A DNA stretch of 64,000 nucleotides from an uncultured Lachnoclostridium sp. (GTDB lineage: Bacteria; Bacillota; Clostridia; Lachnospirales; Lachnospiraceae). The stretch is taken from NCBI GenBank assembly GCA_944376715.1, contig CALWDO010000010.1:34-64033 (forward strand), read 5' to 3'. Of the stretch, positions 62,159 to 64,000 are shown in pieces. Position 1 is the first letter of the stretch. Every line of letters starts with the position of its first letter. The position numbers were made by a program, and so were the translations under genes. Under the pieces are notes generated by a model. It was not told the DNA's origin. It ran no database searches and worked only from the letters and a program-made list of their open reading frames with translations.

Positions 62159-63061
62159 GTGAAGAAAAAAGAAAGAAGCGCAAGTGAAAAAAGAGACAGG
62201 CTTCTGGGTATAGTCACAGCTTCACCGGCAGCGATTCTGTTATGTGTGTTTACTGTCTATCCTGTGATTTATCTGATCTATCGGTCCCTTTTTTCGGGAA
62301 GCCTGATTTCCACGAAAAAGGAATTTGTGGGAATCGATAATTATAAAGAAATATTATTTGATGAAACTTTCCATAAAGTGCTGATGAATACGATCATCTA
62401 TACAGTACTGTTTGTGGGGCTTACCATGGTGCTGGCAATCATCATTGCGGTATGGCTGAATGGGTCCAGGCAGAAAAAGCTGAATAATATGGTGGAAGCA
62501 TGCATATTTACACCGCATGTCATCTCCATGGTATCTGTTTCTATTGTGTTCCTGTGGCTTATGGAACCGGACACCGGATTTTTCAATATGGTGCTTACTT
62601 CCCTGGGCTTGGACAAGTTCCCGTTTTTGTCAAGTCCGTCCACGGCGATGATTTCACTGGTGCTGGTGATGGTCTGGAAGAGCGTCGGATATTATGTATT
62701 GTTGGTGATGGCGGCCCTTCAGACAGTTCCGGTAAGCATCTATGAAGCGGCGGAACTGGATAATACGCCAAAAATCCGTACATTTTTCAAGATTACGCTG
62801 CCTATGATCTCGCCGACGATTTTGTTTACCTGTGTTGTGGCGTCGATTGCGTCTTTCAGGATTTTTGACGCGGTGAATGTCATGACCCAGGGCGGGCCGG
62901 TAGATTCTACCAACACACTGGTATATTATATTTATGCGTACGCGTTCCGTTACGGAAATCCGGGAGTCGCATGTGCGGCAGGCGTAGTCCTTCTGGTGCT
63001 GGTATGTATTATGACCTATGTACAGTTCGGCGTCAGCAGAAATAAAGTGCATTATCAATAA
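62159..63061 (+). CDS. CUT1 ABC permease (UgpA-like)
   Basis: FVG..NY, WK..GY, EAA loop YEAAELD, ITLPMISP, TQGGP; GTG start after GGAGG. Confidence 0.92.
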   Translation: MKKKERSASEKRDRLLGIVTASPAAILLCVFTVYPVIYLIYRSLFSGSLISTKKEFVGIDNYKEILFDETFHKVLMNTIIYTVLFVGLTMVLAIIIAVWLNGSRQKKLNNMVEACIFTPHVISMVSVSIVFLWLMEPDTGFFNMVLTSLGLDKFPFLSSPSTAMISLVLVMVWKSVGYYVLLVMAALQTVPVSIYEAAELDNTPKIRTFFKITLPMISPTILFTCVVASIASFRIFDAVNVMTQGGPVDSTNTLVYYIYAYAFRYGNPGVACAAGVVLLVLVCIMTYVQFGVSRNKVHYQ

Positions 63062-63073
63062 GGGGGTGGAAAA

Positions 63074-63919
63074 ATGCAGACTTATGACAGAGATATTATT
63101 TTGAATAAAATCACACGGGCGCTGAACGTGATACTGAAAGCGATTGTGATCGTGATCTTTATATTCCCGTTTTACTGGATGGTCAGTACATCCCTGAAGG
63201 ATCTGACGGAGGCGCTGCAGTTCCCGCCCACATTGATTCCTTCCAGTTTTCATTGGGAGAACTTCACACATGTATTTGAAGTAGTTCCGATTGCGCAGTA
63301 TTTTAAAAATTCCGTGATTGTCAGCATTACAGTGCTGGTTCTGCAGTATCTGATCATTGTTCCGGCAGCTTACAGCCTGTCGAGACATGAGTATCGCGGT
63401 AAAAAGCTGTTTTTCGGGCTGGTACTTCTGGGACAGATGATTCCGCAGCAGATTACATTTCTTCCGGTTTACTTTATGTTCAGCAGAATGAAACTGCTTG
63501 GCACGCTGATCCCGCTGATCATACCGTTTATTTCAAATCCGTTCGGAATCTTCATGTTGAGGCAGTATTTCATGCAGATTCCGCAGGAAGTCATCGAGGC
63601 GGCAAAGCTGGATGATGCAAGCAACATGAAGATCATGTTTAAGGTTATGATGCCCATGGCGAAACCGGCGCTGGTTACGATTGGTCTTTTGTCGTTCATT
63701 TCCACATGGAATAACTACTTCTGGCCGTTGATCATGACTTCCAGTGAAACACTCCGTACGCTGCCTGTAGGAGTAGCGGCGCTGAAATCTTCGGAGACGC
63801 TGCAGATGTGGAACATTATTATGGCAGGCAACGTGGTGCTGGTACTGCCGATCCTGATCGTCTATATTGTAGCGAGCAAAAAGATCAGGAACTCATTCAC
63901 TTATTCTGGTATTAAGTAA
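63074..63919 (+). CDS. CUT1 ABC permease (UgpE-like)
   Basis: PFYWM..TSLK, AAYSL, EAAKLD, WNNYFWPL, TLPVG. Confidence 0.92.
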   Translation: MQTYDRDIILNKITRALNVILKAIVIVIFIFPFYWMVSTSLKDLTEALQFPPTLIPSSFHWENFTHVFEVVPIAQYFKNSVIVSITVLVLQYLIIVPAAYSLSRHEYRGKKLFFGLVLLGQMIPQQITFLPVYFMFSRMKLLGTLIPLIIPFISNPFGIFMLRQYFMQIPQEVIEAAKLDDASNMKIMFKVMMPMAKPALVTIGLLSFISTWNNYFWPLIMTSSETLRTLPVGVAALKSSETLQMWNIIMAGNVVLVLPILIVYIVASKKIRNSFTYSGIK

Positions 63920-63953
63920 ATAAAACAAAAGGTTTTAAGGAGGATAAATTGTA

Positions 63954-64000
63954 ATGAAACGAAAAGTATTGCTCGGGCTGGTAACGGCCATGTCACTGTT
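63954..64000 (+). CDS. Start of a probable ABC substrate-binding lipoprotein (truncated by the window end)
   Basis: AAGGAGG RBS, MKRKVLLGLVTAMSL signal-peptide-like start after two permeases. Confidence 0.6.
   Translation, partial: MKRKVLLGLVTAMSL

Overview
Chromosomal window from a spore-forming gut Clostridia member, most likely Lachnospiraceae (inferred from gene content). Housekeeping and sporulation genes (murG, rarA, spmB, metG, yaaL, bofA, tatD, rsmA, tadA, yjjG) are interleaved with accessory blocks. These are: a sensor-less orphan histidine kinase with tandem Spo0A boxes; a hit/ECF-sigma/ECF-sigma operon separated by an antisense murG from a putative anti-sigma + secreted-protein cassette; a cluster of Rpn-type PD-(D/E)XK nuclease genes whose small C-terminal reading frames survive where the long nuclease is broken (a second, unrelated example is at about 29.5-30.4 kb); a stand-alone GDP-fucose operon with a divergent AraC regulator; three monosaccharide ABC-uptake/catabolism clusters and the start of a CUT1 ABC operon; and a 9-gene Gram-positive Tad/Flp pilus locus with a Zn-binding-like minor pilin and an FHA protein. 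No rRNA, tRNA, CRISPR array, integrase or intact IS was seen. All family and DUF names come from motif recognition by eye, not database searches, and GC comparisons are visual estimates.
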